From the human T2T-CHM13v2.0 reference genome, Homo sapiens, in the NCBI RefSeq assembly GCF_009914755.1, contig NC_060936.1: DNA of 64,000 nucleotides. The stretch is one strand, 5' to 3'. Position 1 is the first letter of the stretch; the number at the start of each line of letters is the position of its first letter. Positions 12,703 to 26,338 of the stretch are shown piece by piece. The notes under the pieces were generated by a model that saw nothing but the letters and a program-made list of their open reading frames with translations, was not told the DNA's origin and ran no database searches. The translations under genes and the position numbers were made by a program.

Positions 12703-13705
12703 TATACAGTGAATTTCCCTTCCATAAATAGCAGCTTCACATTAACATTGTAACATTGGAATAAGATCCCTCCATAATTGCGCATGTTTAGTAGATCCTC
12801 AATCCTGGGCTTTGCTTCCAGTAGTGGTTGCTCTCTTATGCTTAATTTCATTCTTATAATTTTCAAAATTTTGTAAAACCAAGGCTGAGGGAGATAGTAA
12901 GCAGCTAATTCATAGAGTAAAGGGTTCCTGTCAATGGCATTTATTTGCTTTTACTTTTAATCTTTATACAACTCTAAAAAATGTATATATTTTTTATTAA
13001 CAGGTGTTCTGATTATCACAGCCAAGTATTAGGTTTTATACTTCCTTTAATTGGTAGAATGTGTTATTCACCACCCCGTAATCAAAAGTACTGATTCTAA
13101 TGGGGTGTAGAGGAGAAGAACTCCTTTAATAATCCAAGAGTTCTTCACTCCTATGTGTGCAGTTAATTAATTTATTTCCCTCGTGGAAATCATAGATTTT
13201 TCAGTTCACTGTCCATTTCCACTCAAGGTAAAAACATAAAGGTCAGCAAGAAATGGTTAATGACCAGAAAGGCTGCAAACTAAGGAAATTTAGAAAGTGT
13301 GAAATTGTACAATTTCATAAGTCTGTTATTTAAAAACATATCAAAGTTTGACAAAATGCTCAAATTTGCCAATACATGACATGTGAGTGATCTAAAGTAG
13401 ATTTTTGCCTGGTGTTTTTTTAGGTATAAAGAAATATGTAATTCACAGGAATCAGTCGAGACAGTACAATGTTGGATGACAGACAGCTTTTGAATATATA
13501 AAGTTCAGCATTTCCCCAATTGGGTTTAAACAGACTTCCCCTAGGAGCAGTTTCTGCCATAGAGTATTTATTACCTTGAATAATGTGACAGAAGGAAATG
13601 GAACAAAGGAAATGATTTTTACCAAATAAAAGCAGCCATCAACTCTCAAAAGATAAACTGTCCGTATTTTAGGAAGAATACAGTTCAGTAGAAAATACTG
13701 GTGTT

Positions 13706-13947
13706 AAAAGTGGGAGTTGAACAATGAGAACACATGGACACAGGGAGGGGAACATCACACACCGGGGCCTGTCGGGGGGTGGGGGGAAAGGGGAGGGATA
13801 GCACTAGGAGAAATACCTAATGTAGATGATGGGTTGATGGGTGAAGCAAACCACCATGGCACATGTACACCTACGTAACAAAATTGCACGTTCTGCATAT
13901 GTATCCCAGAACTTAAACTATAATAAAAAAAAAAGATATATATAGAG
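13706..13947 (+). mobile_element. 5'-truncated L1PA (L1PA6/7-like), 3' UTR only
   Basis: L1 3' UTR GGGAGTTGAACAATGAGAACACATGGACAC...AGAACTTAAACTATAAT plus A-tail; perfect 16-bp TSD AGAAAATACTGGTGTT at 13690-13705 and 13948-13963. Confidence 0.95.
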
Positions 13948-16900
13948 AGAAAATACTGGTGTTTTAATGACAATTTGGAAAAGCAGTTTTTATTTGCACT
14001 GTGCAAAGCAAGCACACATATTTAGTGTTTCAACTCAAATATCCACAGCTAGATGTCTAAAAATTGTAAAAATCCACAAAATGGTCTTCTTTTTGTTAGC
14101 TCTGCCTGAATAAACAAGGAGGCCAAACTCCCTAAACACAGTTTCTCAGTACAGGCAGGAACAGTAAATAAGAGTGGCTCTTAGAGAAACTAAGGCAAAG
14201 ATGAAAGCTCAGGGAATTCCAGCGGGCTACTAGAAGCTGTCGTATTCTACCTTGCTCTTCGAAGATAGGGAGCCTAAATCACCGTCATCAAGCTTCAAGG
14301 AAAATCAGCTGCTGGCTTTGTTCTTGGGAGGAAACATTGGTTTTATCCTAACCCCCAAATCTGAAAGTGGCTCAAGATTACTATTCCATAGAGGAAAAAG
14401 CATGTAACAAAGAAAAGCTATTTTTCAGAAGCTAGAGCAGAAAAGGAGAAAACTTGTTGAAAATTATTTTTCTGTCTCTCATTTTTTTTTTCTCTTAATG
14501 GAAAGTGTGTGTCTCTTTTCTGATCCAAGATAGGCTTATTAGGTTTGTAAAAGAGAAATAGAATGCTTCTAGGGTGGGATGGAGAGAAAATATAGATGCG
14601 AAGTCAAGTTTAAGGACCTGCACATTGATAGATTCAAGTGCCCTCCCCCTGCGTATCACCTACTTGTCTAAAATTTCAAATACCCCTTTTTATGTCTAAA
14701 ATCATTCTTAAAAATATTAAAGTCTCTTCTACTTTAAAGCAACTGGGGTTTTTATTGTTAAATTATATTATTGCTTGGCAAAATCACATGGCTTACATTT
14801 ATTGTCAAGTTGCTCAAATGCACTTGGCATCAGAACTGCAGTTTTGTGATCTAAAATCTCTGTGGTTGATTTTGAAGATATACAGCCTTGATTGTAAGAC
14901 TAGTCTTTAAATGGGCTGATTCTCCACTGTGCAGCTGCCGCTCCTTTTATGGCTTCTGAGTGTATTATATTGCTTACAGAAATGGAATGTTCAGAGGCAA
15001 CAAGAGATAACGTATTAGAAGCCATGTAGATCAGCATATATGTATCAATTTTCAATGTGATTTCAGAGTACTGCTGCAAAATTCCGTGCAATATCTCATA
15101 TTAGGTACCTGTAGAAGTCAACACTCATATAATAAATAATTCAGGAATGCTAAAAATTATTATGCACTTAGACAAGTAACCAGTAAAATTCTAGACATAA
15201 GAGGAAGCAATAGTAATCAATGTCATTTATGATATCATCTTCCTCATGGAGATATTCATGGCTCCTTGGTTCATTGAATAAACTCTCTGGGGTTTAGCTT
15301 TATTAACATAAGTTGTCATAAGAACACTTATCTCAACCTAAATTGGAAAAATGGAAATGCTCAAATTAAACTCATATTTAACATATGAAACTTCCAGACA
15401 ACATTCCGCTGACAGTGAATATAATTCAAATATATTATATTTTCTTATGTTTAGTAGAGCTTTTAGCTATCTGTCTCAAACATGTGAAAATGAATCATTT
15501 TATTTTTGGCCCTGCAATTTAAATGATGCAGTGAAGAAGAATCTTAAGTTTTTTAAGTTTCTCAGCAAAATAAACTATTTATTGGTCAAGAGGCTCATAA
15601 GAATGCTTTTCCCAAAAAGCTTCATTTTTTGAGAAATAAAAATAAATCTCATAATTTAATATTTATTTTTCACAAGATAAATCATCTTTTAAAATATGGC
15701 TCTGTATTTTGAAAAGCCCATCTTTAGTTTAACAGTGTCTGATTCTGACTCCGTGAGCTTCAACCCTCACTTAGATCAAGTCTTGGGCATAAGTCATCTG
15801 TTGTCTAGGGCAATGTCTTCTCCTAGGAGCAAGAGCTCCTTATACTGCGAAAAGCTTTTTCATACTTGCTATCCTTCCCTCATACTTTTCCTTACTTTTT
15901 GATTCAACTCACATCATCCTCTTCAGCAGTCACTAGGACAATCTTTTGATTCCAGGTGGAATCTTTTGATTCACAAAAGAAATTATTTTCAAAAGGAAAC
16001 TCCTTATCCCTATGGGGTTATAAGACAGCCAGAGCGAAATTTCTATTAGATTAATAAACTTGTTTACAGTCTATCATCAGGTTTCCATGCAGTTATAATA
16101 GTTGTGATCCTAAGACACTGAAACCATGAAAAAAAATTGATGAATATATAGTTTAGATAATCTCTCTACTGGTATTCACATGTTGTTTCTCTATATATAT
16201 TTGCCATAACCCATATCCACTAGTCTAGGAAATACAGTTTGTAGTAGAACAGTGCTGTCAGCTTAGTAAAAAGTCTTAACAATTCTATTTTTGTGAAAAA
16301 GATGCGGTGAGAAGGATTCGTTTCTTTTTATTTGCTATACTAAAGATATTCTTTCTTTATAGTTCTGTCTTTATATTTATCAGTGTGTTGGAATGATATA
16401 TTTACCCAAAATGTTAATATTAAAGATTAGTGAACATAAAAATAACCCATTCATTTAGTTTATTAAAAGATAATATACCAGATTAGAATAATAGAACATT
16501 ATCTACAAAGGCCAAATCATCAATAAGTGTCTAAATTAGGAAAAAAATAATAAGGATGTTCATAAGTGATGATGCAATTTATGCTTTTGTTATTGACTTA
16601 AACCATTTTATTTATTAAAATGTCTGTATTTCATTGAGGTACAGACTCTAAAATTAAAAATGTGGCTGACCTATACAGGAGTTTTAGAATTTCACAGCCT
16701 TGCATTTCACAGAAGATGTCTAGCTGCTACTTCCATACCCTGACTCTGTAATGAACACATAAGTTAGACTTTCATAAAGATTTATCTTTAAAAATAATCA
16801 TGTAGATTGAACCCTGACTAATAAAATTCACTAATTGTCTTGCCTTAGTGCAGCTATTGGTCAGAATTAAATATTTAGCAGCTCCATCTTTTTAAGGCTC

Positions 16901-19109
16901 TTTTCCAGTGTTTCTGTAGGGACATTGGTGATGTAATTGGTTGCTTTGGTAAGGAAGTAACTCATTGAGTCACTCAGGGTTCTATTATATGACAATAGGA
17001 TGTGGCAACGGTTAGGGAGAAACATTTATCTGCTCTTTCATTCACAGAGCAAAGACTGGGGAGGAGACTGACTGTTAGCTCTCTTAGGGAGAATATTGCA
17101 TAATTTTAAAAGAAGATAGCTAGTGGGTTATGAGTATGATAAGTACAAACATTTCTATATGCTTTCCTGAAATAAATGATTTTATGTAATGATATATAAA
17201 ACCTCACTGATATTTATGAATAAATAGTATAAATAGTAATTTATAAATAGTAATGAATAAAACTTCAATGTAGATTAAACTATGTGTCTCATTTAGTTAC
17301 TGTGATAGCAAGATTATAGAACATTGCAGATGACATGCTTTTTCATAAAACACACTATGGAACAACAACATCTCCCTCCAAAAACAACAACAGCAAAGTA
17401 CATTGGCTTATTAATGCATTTAAATAACTGAGTAAAATTGTAAAGTTCATACAAATGTCATAATAATGTAGAATCCCCCAAAATATCTTACATCTGATTA
17501 TTGCAAGTTCTTATAGCAGAAGCAAGATTTACAAGGGTCTTTACCTGTTTTGATCTGAGAAAAATGTTACTTAGGTTTTCCTCGCTATTTAAAAAGAGAA
17601 GTAAATTGTTTTATTTTTCTTCCAAATGAAAAAATTGGTAATACGCCATTTCTATTCTCTGAGAAGTGAGCATATTTTCATGTGGTATGTGCTTCCTTTA
17701 GATATGCATCAAAACATTGACATAACATGCAATTTAAAAGCATCTCTTGATGCACTACAGTGACAGGTTTAATTCATATTCGTTGCTTACATATAGTACT
17801 ATAATGATGTAAGGTTAAAAACAAACAGTCTATGTAGGTTATTTCACTGATGTGCATTTTCCTGGGGAAAAATTTAAAATTTAGCAAAATGGCTAATTCA
17901 CTTGCATTATTTTGTTTGCATCATTGTCTTTTTGTATAATTTAAATGGACAATTGATAAAGAGCAAGCTCAGCCAAAACTGCAACAGATGTTGCCCGTCA
18001 TACTTGTGGGCTGGAGACCAAAAGCCCTTTCACCTCTTTTACAGACCCTTGAGAATAAAGTAATTGAGGAATTTGGGAGGCTATTGATTGAAAGCTCTGT
18101 GGTATCTCCCCATGTGCACTGAGACCAAAAAGGCACATAGAGAATGAGCTTGGTCTTTATTTGCTTTGCAAAGTGACTCAAATAAAGAGATTAGAGGGAA
18201 GGGGCCATTGTGTCCCAAATTTAGGTTGATACAGATCTTTAGTTCTTAGTATTTTTATTTTCAGATTGCCACCAAATGAGAATTTTAAAGAATAGCAACC
18301 TCTACAAAAGAAAAGTAGTGTTATTTTCTTATGAGAATTAAACAGAAGCACCATAAACAACCTGCTAGTTCAAATACATATGCTATAGTGAATATTTTTT
18401 GATTTAAAAAAAATCCTGACCCACAAACGGAGGGTTTGACCATTAATTCGATCCATTACTTTGATGCTGCAAAATGCTTTTTCAAAGATAATGTAGAGTG
18501 AAAAATCAGTGAACTGCTGTGGTCTTAAATATGAGCCATAATGGTATATGGAAACTCGTCTTTCTTGTAAAAGTTGTTATTATAAAACCCGGTTACGTTT
18601 TTAAAAAATAAATGTTAATAGATGAACTAAATAATTTCCTTTGACTGATTCAGATGAAGAATCTCAATTTTTTGGCATATTTATTGGTAAGCAGGTAATA
18701 TGGCAAAGTAGAAAAAATAGCACTAGTGAGAAGTAGTAAAATGGGAAACAGTACATACCTATTAAAAAATAGAATTTTCTAAGCACCAAATCAGACACAT
18801 AAACTATTTTAAATTTATTCTTGTTTAAGAATACTTAAAAATCTCTGATAAGAGCAGAGATGTAAATGAATATCTTTTTGACATACAAAACCAATATGTG
18901 AATAAAACTTTGCTGATTTTCTATGTAATACAAATCCTTTAAAAAGCTAATAAAATGATTACTATCTACAATTTAGGCTCCCTGCACATGATGAAATGCT
19001 GAAGCATATTCTAATACTCTTAGAAAGTGCTTAAAATCTTCAAAAGTGGATTTAAGTGCTCAATCACTTTCGCTTCTTTATGGAAAGAGTGACGAATTTT
19101 TACATATAG

Positions 19110-19370
19110 GATACCCATGTGTTGTTTACTTCCAATCTGTGAATTTCGAAAGCAACAGAAGTAGAAGGAAAAAAAAAAATTCAGGAAGGCATATCCTGTG
19201 GATCCGCCTTCTTGACACATAATTTGTAGGTCTTGATGTGGCTGCATTGATAAAATGCTGGGCGTGTAATGAAGTGAAAATAAAGGCTGCCCACTGCCTA
19301 GCTTTCGAACAAACTTAGATTGGCTATGTGTTCACAAATCAATGCTTTTCTCATTGAAAGATAATACATT
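19110..19370 (+). other. structured ancient conserved repeat, probably MER121
   Basis: Nested inverted repeats seen directly (see findings). The core GACACATAATTTGTAGGTCTTGATGTG...TGTAATGAAGTGAAAATA matches my recollection of the MER121 consensus; not verified. Confidence 0.6.
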
Positions 19371-20168
19371 TTGGTAATGCTGGAGAAGTTAGAAGCTAGA
19401 GAGGTCACTGCAGGGGGTTAAAGGAAAGCTACAACAGTAGTCAGAACAGCAATTATTCCTAAAATAACTTGGTTTGACAGAAGGAGTAACAGTGTTACTG
19501 GGCTAGAATTACTTTTTTACTTTATTATGCATATTAGTAATTAGAAGAAAATGTTGGCAGAAACCAAAATTTGGAAAGAGAATTTTCTTGGGCTGTCTTT
19601 CTATGATAATAAAACATCCAAGGCAAAATAATTAGTCAGTTTTGTCTATACGGTGCCAAATAACCTATATCAAGTTTACACAAAGCCAAATATTGATTAT
19701 TTATGAATGCTTAATGTGAATCTGTTCATATTCAGAAGTCAATCTGAGAAAAAATAACAACAAAAAATTAGGTACCTTAAAAAAATTTGTGATATACAAT
19801 TGATAAATTAGTAATCACTTCTGGGGAATAATTTCACTTACTATTTGTGCATGTAGTCCCTAAACAGCCCAGAAATAGCTCAAATCTTCTAGTTTATAAC
19901 TTAAGAAAAATCACGTAAGAAAATCCCAAATAACTGTAAACAGAAAGCAGAGTAGAGGTTTGCTAAATCTCTGGACAACCGCAACGTTTTCTCAGGACTG
20001 CTATGAAGACATTTCTTTCAGTCTTCTCATTTTTTTTTAATACAAAGTAATACTTCATACACAAAATTATGCTAATTCCTGGTCATGCTTCTATACACCC
20101 TCTTTCCTTTTTTTTTAATAGAACAAGTATCTCATCTGCTTGTAATTGGCATGCTGCTGCCTTTTTGA

Positions 20169-20402
<234 letters not shown>

Positions 20403-20469
20403 TAAGCAACCCCACCACCAATAATAAAAGTACTTTTTAAAATCTTCAACAACTCTACATTGCCCAACA

Positions 20470-20950
20470 GCTATTGACTTCCTTCTCCTCTTTACAGGAA
20501 AACCTTTGTAAGAGATGTGTACACTTTTTTCTCCATTTCTTCACCTTTTGTTCAACTTTTTTACCTGCTGTGAAATGGCTTCCACTGCCTAAATTTCACC
20601 AAAACTGCTCTTTCCAAGGTCACCAGTGGAATACTAGTTGCTAAGTGTAAATTACTGTTTACATTTTTTTCTTTAGCTCTCTGCACCATTTAACTCTATA
20701 CAATCCTCTCTGTTTTGAATAATGCTATCTTTCCTCCTGAGATTCAGTGGTGGCACATTCTACCAACTTGATCTTACTTGTCTGTTTACTTCTTAATACT
20801 ATTTTTATTTTAGACTCTTCTCTCTTGAATATTAGTTCCTACATGATTGATTCTGCCTTAGAACCTCTTCTTATCTTACTCTATAACTCTTGCAGGATAA
20901 TTTCATCTACTCCTAGTGCTTCCATCATCATCTCTTTCTAATGATTCTCT
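20470..20950 (+). mobile_element. L2 LINE, reverse-transcriptase-region fragment
   Basis: ACCAAAACTGCTCTTTCCAAGGTCACC translates TKTALSKVT, matching the L2/CR1 RT motif TETALAKVT. Confidence 0.75.
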
Positions 20951-21340
20951 ATATTAGTCAAGAATATATTCAGTTACAAACAAACTAACCAACAAACACT
21001 TTTGCTACTGTGGCTTAAGTAAGAGAGGATATGCTGCTGTTGTCATTATACTTATTATTATTATATAATGTAAGGTCTAGGAGGGAGACAGGGCAGGGCT
21101 TATGCCACCATCTCAATGTTTCCCTTTCTATCTTTCTTGTCTGTCATCCACAGCATCTAGTATTTTTGTCCTCAGGTTTACATTTTAGAGTTCAGGCTTT
21201 AGGTCTAAGTTCTGAACTTTATAAAAGGAGGAAAAGGAAGAGGAGTCACATTAGAATTTTCCTTATGTCTTACTGGCCATAACTGTGGCACACGCTCATT
21301 CACACCTTTATTGGAGGGTAAGAAATCAAGTTTTCATTTT
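20951..21340 (-). mobile_element. old MLT1 (J/K-like) LTR
   Basis: TATTAGTCAAG...GGCTTAAGTAAG start and CTTATGTCTTACTGGCCATAACTGTGGCAC motif; highly diverged. Confidence 0.45.
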
Positions 21341-22399
21341 AATAGCTTCTAGAGTAGATCATGATGAAATAGGGCTAAATACGCTATTTGATTCAACTAT
21401 TCTACAATGTTTGCTATCTTCCCAGATATTTCTTCTGATCTATCTTGATCACTCCTTTGACCTCCAGACTATCTATCTATCTATCCACACATACACCTCC
21501 AGAATATCCACGCATTCACACACACTAGCATGTTCACAATCACATGTTGTCATTTGGCTGTCCCTTCTACAACTCGGGCTTGACACTACAGTTAACACTT
21601 CTCTGTCCTAAAACCCACTTGTTAAGTCCTGACAATCCCACCCCTATCAATTCTAATACTTTCTATTTCCACTATTAATTTCTGTTTGAACACTATCTTA
21701 TCCACTACAAAAACTGTTTCCAGAATTTTTTTCTCCTTAAAGTATTATCTACATAACAACTGTAATGATCTTTTTATATAGAACTCTGGTTACAGATAGA
21801 GATACTATGTGTCTGTGTTTCTGTCTTTCTTTCTCTCTGTTGATCATACCAGCAATAGGAGACATTCTCCCTGTCATTTGATAGCTAAATATCTTCTGTG
21901 TAGATCTAATTCTCTGTGACAGGGTTTTAAGGTCTACAGGTGGAGCAGGTAGGAAGAATGGCCAGAAGGGGAGAAATAGAATAAAAACTCTGTTTTCTTT
22001 TTCCCTTTTGCTTCTGGATTTAACTGCTTTTTCTGGGGAGCCTATTCCTTTGAAGTTACTGTGTACTGTACTATACTATTCATAAATTAATCATAAGTCA
22101 TACTTAAATCTTCTTTTGGCTCCTTTTTATCCTCAGTTTGCTCAAACTTAGAGAAATGAGTGATTAGCACCCTCAATTTTTCAAAATTTTCTAACCTGAA
22201 TTTAGTTCCTAAGTGATCCTTGCATGTTTGAATGGTGGCGGAAATGTTTCTAACTCCTTTCCATAATTCTCAGAAACATTCTTTCTCTGTGTTCCCTAAC
22301 TCAGTTGGGGTTGCCAGACTTAGTAAACAGAATATTTTAAGTGGCAATGCAAACCCCATTGCATTGCCTAACACCTATCCAGGTTCCTAAGGTACAAAC

Positions 22400-23250
22400 T
22401 GGGTATGACTTTGAAACTTTTCTTTGCTCTTCGCTTTCTTTTCGTTATTTTTCCTATTCTTCCTATCAAAATGCTCTCAGATGCCTCTAATTCTTGTTTT
22501 CTTACTGCCCAAACCCTCAACTAAACTGTCATAATCTCTCTCCTGTCTTATTTCTGGAACTTCTTAGCTGCTTTCTCTGCCTACTGGGCTTACTTCATTC
22601 CATTTCTCTATACTGTAGCCAGAAAACTCTTCCCAAAGTGCTAATCTAATATTACAATTTTATTTGCTCTTTTGGATGAAGTTCAAACACCTTACACTGG
22701 CACGTAAATTCATCTGTGGCATGGGCTTTGTTCATTTTTCTAGAACTTTCTATCAGCACTGTAAAGAATAAAAGAATTGGAATTAAGCAGTAGGAGAGGG
22801 AAGTGATGCAAACTATTTCAGATCAAAGAAATAATATAGGTGAGAGAGAGCTTGGCATATTGGAAGATGTAACAAAAGGTAAATATAGATGGAAAAGGAG
22901 GAAGGAGTGGGAATGAATGTGGGTGATGGAAGAATACAGTCACTGATTCCCAGGCTTTTGCAATCTAGAGTCTTTTTTTCCTCTGGGAAACTTGCCATCA
23001 GCTTAGAAGAATGGGTTAGGTATCCCTTTTATGGTTTCCAATAGAGTCTTACCCTTTTCCACTGCATCCCGCACTGCATTCTATAGGAACTGCCAGTTAA
23101 GCTCTCTGCCACCCTGCACTCCCTCCCCACCAGTTTATGTTCTTCATGAAGATAGGGCCGTATCTGTCTTATTTATTTATCCTCACCACTTTGCACATTC
23201 CTTTGATTCAAGGTACTCAGGAAGTATTTGTTAAATAGATGAATGAATGC
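22400..23250 (+). mobile_element. L2 3' fragments
   Basis: Pyrimidine-rich L2 body ending in the L2 3' terminus GGTACTCAGGAAGTATTTGTTAAATAGATGAATGAATG. Confidence 0.65.
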
Positions 23251-23304
23251 ATTTATCTATCAGGAAAAAAATCTCATTATGTTATTCCTCTGCTGAAAAC
23301 TTGT

Positions 23305-23620
23305 TTAAACTTGGGGTCTCAGAAAGCAAAATGTGAGACAAAAAAAATAATCTGCTATAGTTTTATTAAGGAATGTAACTATAGAAAGCTCAAGTGAGGA
23401 AAAAGGCAAAAAGTGAAGTGAGGGAAGAAAGGAGAGCCAATATAAAGGTGAAAGCTGGCTACCACTTAGTATCAAGAGCAGCTGTCTGCTTAAGTTCATG
23501 GATTTCAGAAGCTGTATTAATTACAGGGTTTCACAGCCATTCTTCTTGGGGGACATAAGGGAGGAGAATATCTTCCACCTTCTATATTTCACTAGTCAAA
23601 GTTTGTCCCAGTACTGTTTT
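23305..23620 (-). mobile_element. LTR16-like ERVL LTR fragment
   Basis: GGGGTCTCAGAAAGCAAAATGTGAGAC...AGTTTTATTAAGGAATG resembles the antisense LTR16 end. Confidence 0.35.
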
Positions 23621-23989
23621 TAGATATAAGGGGCTGTTGTTTGGCTCCTACATTTTGTAGAGTTCCACACCATTTACTTCCTTCTCTGGCTGGGCCTTCG
23701 CCCACAAATTGAAGAGATCATTCACCTGGGGGATTGTCTATACAAAATACATGCCCGGTCAGAATGCATGCCCTCCTTTTCTGACCACACACACTCTGGG
23801 TACCTGGAATTCACTGCCCAAATAGCTGCAACGACAATTCTTCTTCAGCTTGCACGTCTCTTTCCTTAGTCTACCCTCCCATGACAGACTAAAAAATTGG
23901 TTTCTGTACCTCCAAGCCTGAGAATTAGCCAAGAAGCAGCTATTGGTGTGGTGCATGGACCCAGCTTGAATGTATGGTTTGAGTGTTCA

Positions 23990-24375
23990 TACAGGTACAT
24001 ATAAGGCCACTCACAGTGCAAAGCTGCTGAGCTAATCAATGGTAGAGAGGGAATGCAAGTGGGCTCATAAGCCCTGGACAGTGTAATATGTTTTTATGCT
24101 GTGGTGGCTTAAAATTCAGAAATCTAGAAATTCTTTGACACATTTCCAAATTTTGAACTAATTTGTTACAAAGCAATAGGTAACTGATACATGTACAAAA
24201 CAACAAAGAGTCTGAACATTTTTATTTCAAATTGTCCTTCACATTGTTATTAAGGTAGGATGATGGAACATATTTAAGAGCTTGTTAGGTTAATTTTCAG
24301 TTCTTAGTATTTAGTACCTTTAGATGTGTGGAATGACGCATCCATTTGTACTCTTGTCCTCTAAGGATGGGCCTA
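23990..24375. mobile_element. possible hAT-Tip100 fragment (MER115/Zaphod-like)
   Basis: CATCCATTTGTACTCTTGTCC terminal motif; otherwise very diverged. Confidence 0.3.
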
Positions 24376-24689
24376 ACCTTCCCCACATTCTTGGTTGCAC
24401 TTCAGAGGCAACAATCATTTCCTGTGACATGTCGTGCTTCAATTACAAAAGGGAAGCCATGGAGTGTGAGGCAAAAAGCACTCAGTGAAGGCTTGAAACT
24501 TCATGGTTTGTTTCAAACATGAATACAGTTGTTCGCGTGTCCCTGTGTAAAATTGTTCTGAACCCACACAAAGTTGATCTCTGCAGCAGTAGCTTGGTTG
24601 GAGAGAAAAAATGGCAGGAGGTCCCAGAGATAAGTCAGTCCAGACAGATCTGCAGTGGTATAGAAGAAGTGACTGATATAAAACCCTTT

Positions 24690-25150
24690 AGTAGTCACCC
24701 ATGACCCTCAATATAAAGTCCAGACCCTTTAAGATCTGGGTCCCTCTTTACTGTCTGTCTTCCTCTAATGACACTTCTACATCATGTTATAGGCTCCAGC
24801 AACATCGAACTACTTTTGATTGCTTAAATGACCACGCTCCTTTTTTTCCCTCTGCACTTTTGAGTATCCCTTTAATCTTTCAAAAATATTTTTCACTCCC
24901 CTTCTCTCTTAGCTAACCCCTATCAACAACAAACCCTTTCAGAAGCCACTGTGATACCTTCATAACTCTTTCTGATGTTCTCATTCATTCTTCCGTAACA
25001 CACTGCACTTATGTTATTATCACATTATAATGTAACCACGTGGTTGCTTACAGTCACAAAAACTAAAATCTCTTTAAGGGCAGAGTTGGTGTTATTCATT
25101 CCTGATTCCCCAGTGACAGGCATTGCACTTGATACTTGAAACCCATATTT
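24690..25150 (+). mobile_element. L2 3' fragment
   Basis: AATATAAAGTCCAGACCCTTTAA...CTCTTTAAGGGCAGAGTTGGTGTTATTCATTCCTGATTCCCCAGTG are typical L2 3' motifs. Confidence 0.6.
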
Positions 25151-26284
25151 AGAATGTAAAATTTTAGTGAGCCTATGGAATGATTCTGTAGAAGGATTTG
25201 GATTGCTAAAACTCTAGGGGAAAAGTGTTTGCATTTCCTTTTAAAAAATACTGTGTGAGAAGTAAAATACAACAAAGCCAGTAATGGCCCAATGTCTTAT
25301 TAGTGTACAATGGTGTTTTAAAAAGAACGTCTTTCAGAGGTACTAGAGATACTATCAAATGTGATGTAGCAATTACTATCTTAACTACAATACATGGTGT
25401 AAATCAATGGTGACATTAAATCTTGTCTAAATGACCAGAACATGAGCTACAGCTGTCTTTGTAGCACATATTTTTCTTTGGTTGATTTCACTCCCTTAAG
25501 GCTTGTAGTTTGTGAACAGAGGTTTTTAATGACAAAAAAAATCAGGGATCATTTTATTTCAGTCTTTCAAAAGTGATCTCCCTAGGAAAGCCTACAGTCT
25601 AGAAGTAAATACCTAGTGGCTTACAAACATATTTTCAATGACTCTTGGAGTGATAATCTAGTAGAATAGAATTAGCTTTTTATCCATGGTATACATATTT
25701 TTAAATGTCTCAAAGCAGTAAAATAGTGAATCCTCATCTTTGTTTTGTGATTTCAGAGATGCCTAAAAAACCGCAAATATTCAAAACAAATATGTTTAAT
25801 TTCCTGAGTATTTTTAATAGGCTTTACATATGGCTATTCTCAGAGAAAGTGATGATCTAATAAGTAATCATAGAGCTCAATTTAAAAACATTTTGGAAGC
25901 ATTGATATTAAATGTAATTGCTCTTCTTCTGTCCCAAAGAGATTAGGTTAAACATTAAAATCCAAAAGAAATATGATATTCACTTGTGTCTTTCTTCCCT
26001 TAAATAAATAATTACATAGCTCACCTTTATGAAAGTACTCTGCATAAACATCATCAACTCTAAATTTATGAATACTGTAAATTCTGTGAATCTGTGATTC
26101 TATCACTTTTTTTTTCTGGTAGCCTTTCTAGTGAACACATCATGTTCTTACTGTAGACGAGGAGAGGAGGTGGCGACAAAATGCTCATTTCACTTGAGTT
26201 CCTTCTATGATAGAGACTGTATCATACACCAGAATCTATCCCTTTTGTAGTTCTAAACCTATTGAAAATAAGATTTAAATACAG

Positions 26285-26338
26285 TCTTTTTTTCCATCCA
26301 ACTTGCATGTTACTTTTTTTTTCTCGATGCAGGTAAGT
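26285..26338 (+). other. candidate recursive splice site (3' splice site fused to 5' splice site)
   Basis: A 46-nt AG-free, pyrimidine-rich stretch is followed by TGCAG|GTAAGT (AG 26331-26332, GT 26333-26334). Motif only; no expression evidence. Confidence 0.35.

Noticed and set aside
22343-22368. 10-bp perfect hairpin GGCAATGCAA-acccca-TTGCATTGCC
   Set aside because: About one such stem is expected by chance in 64 kb; too short for a pre-miRNA.
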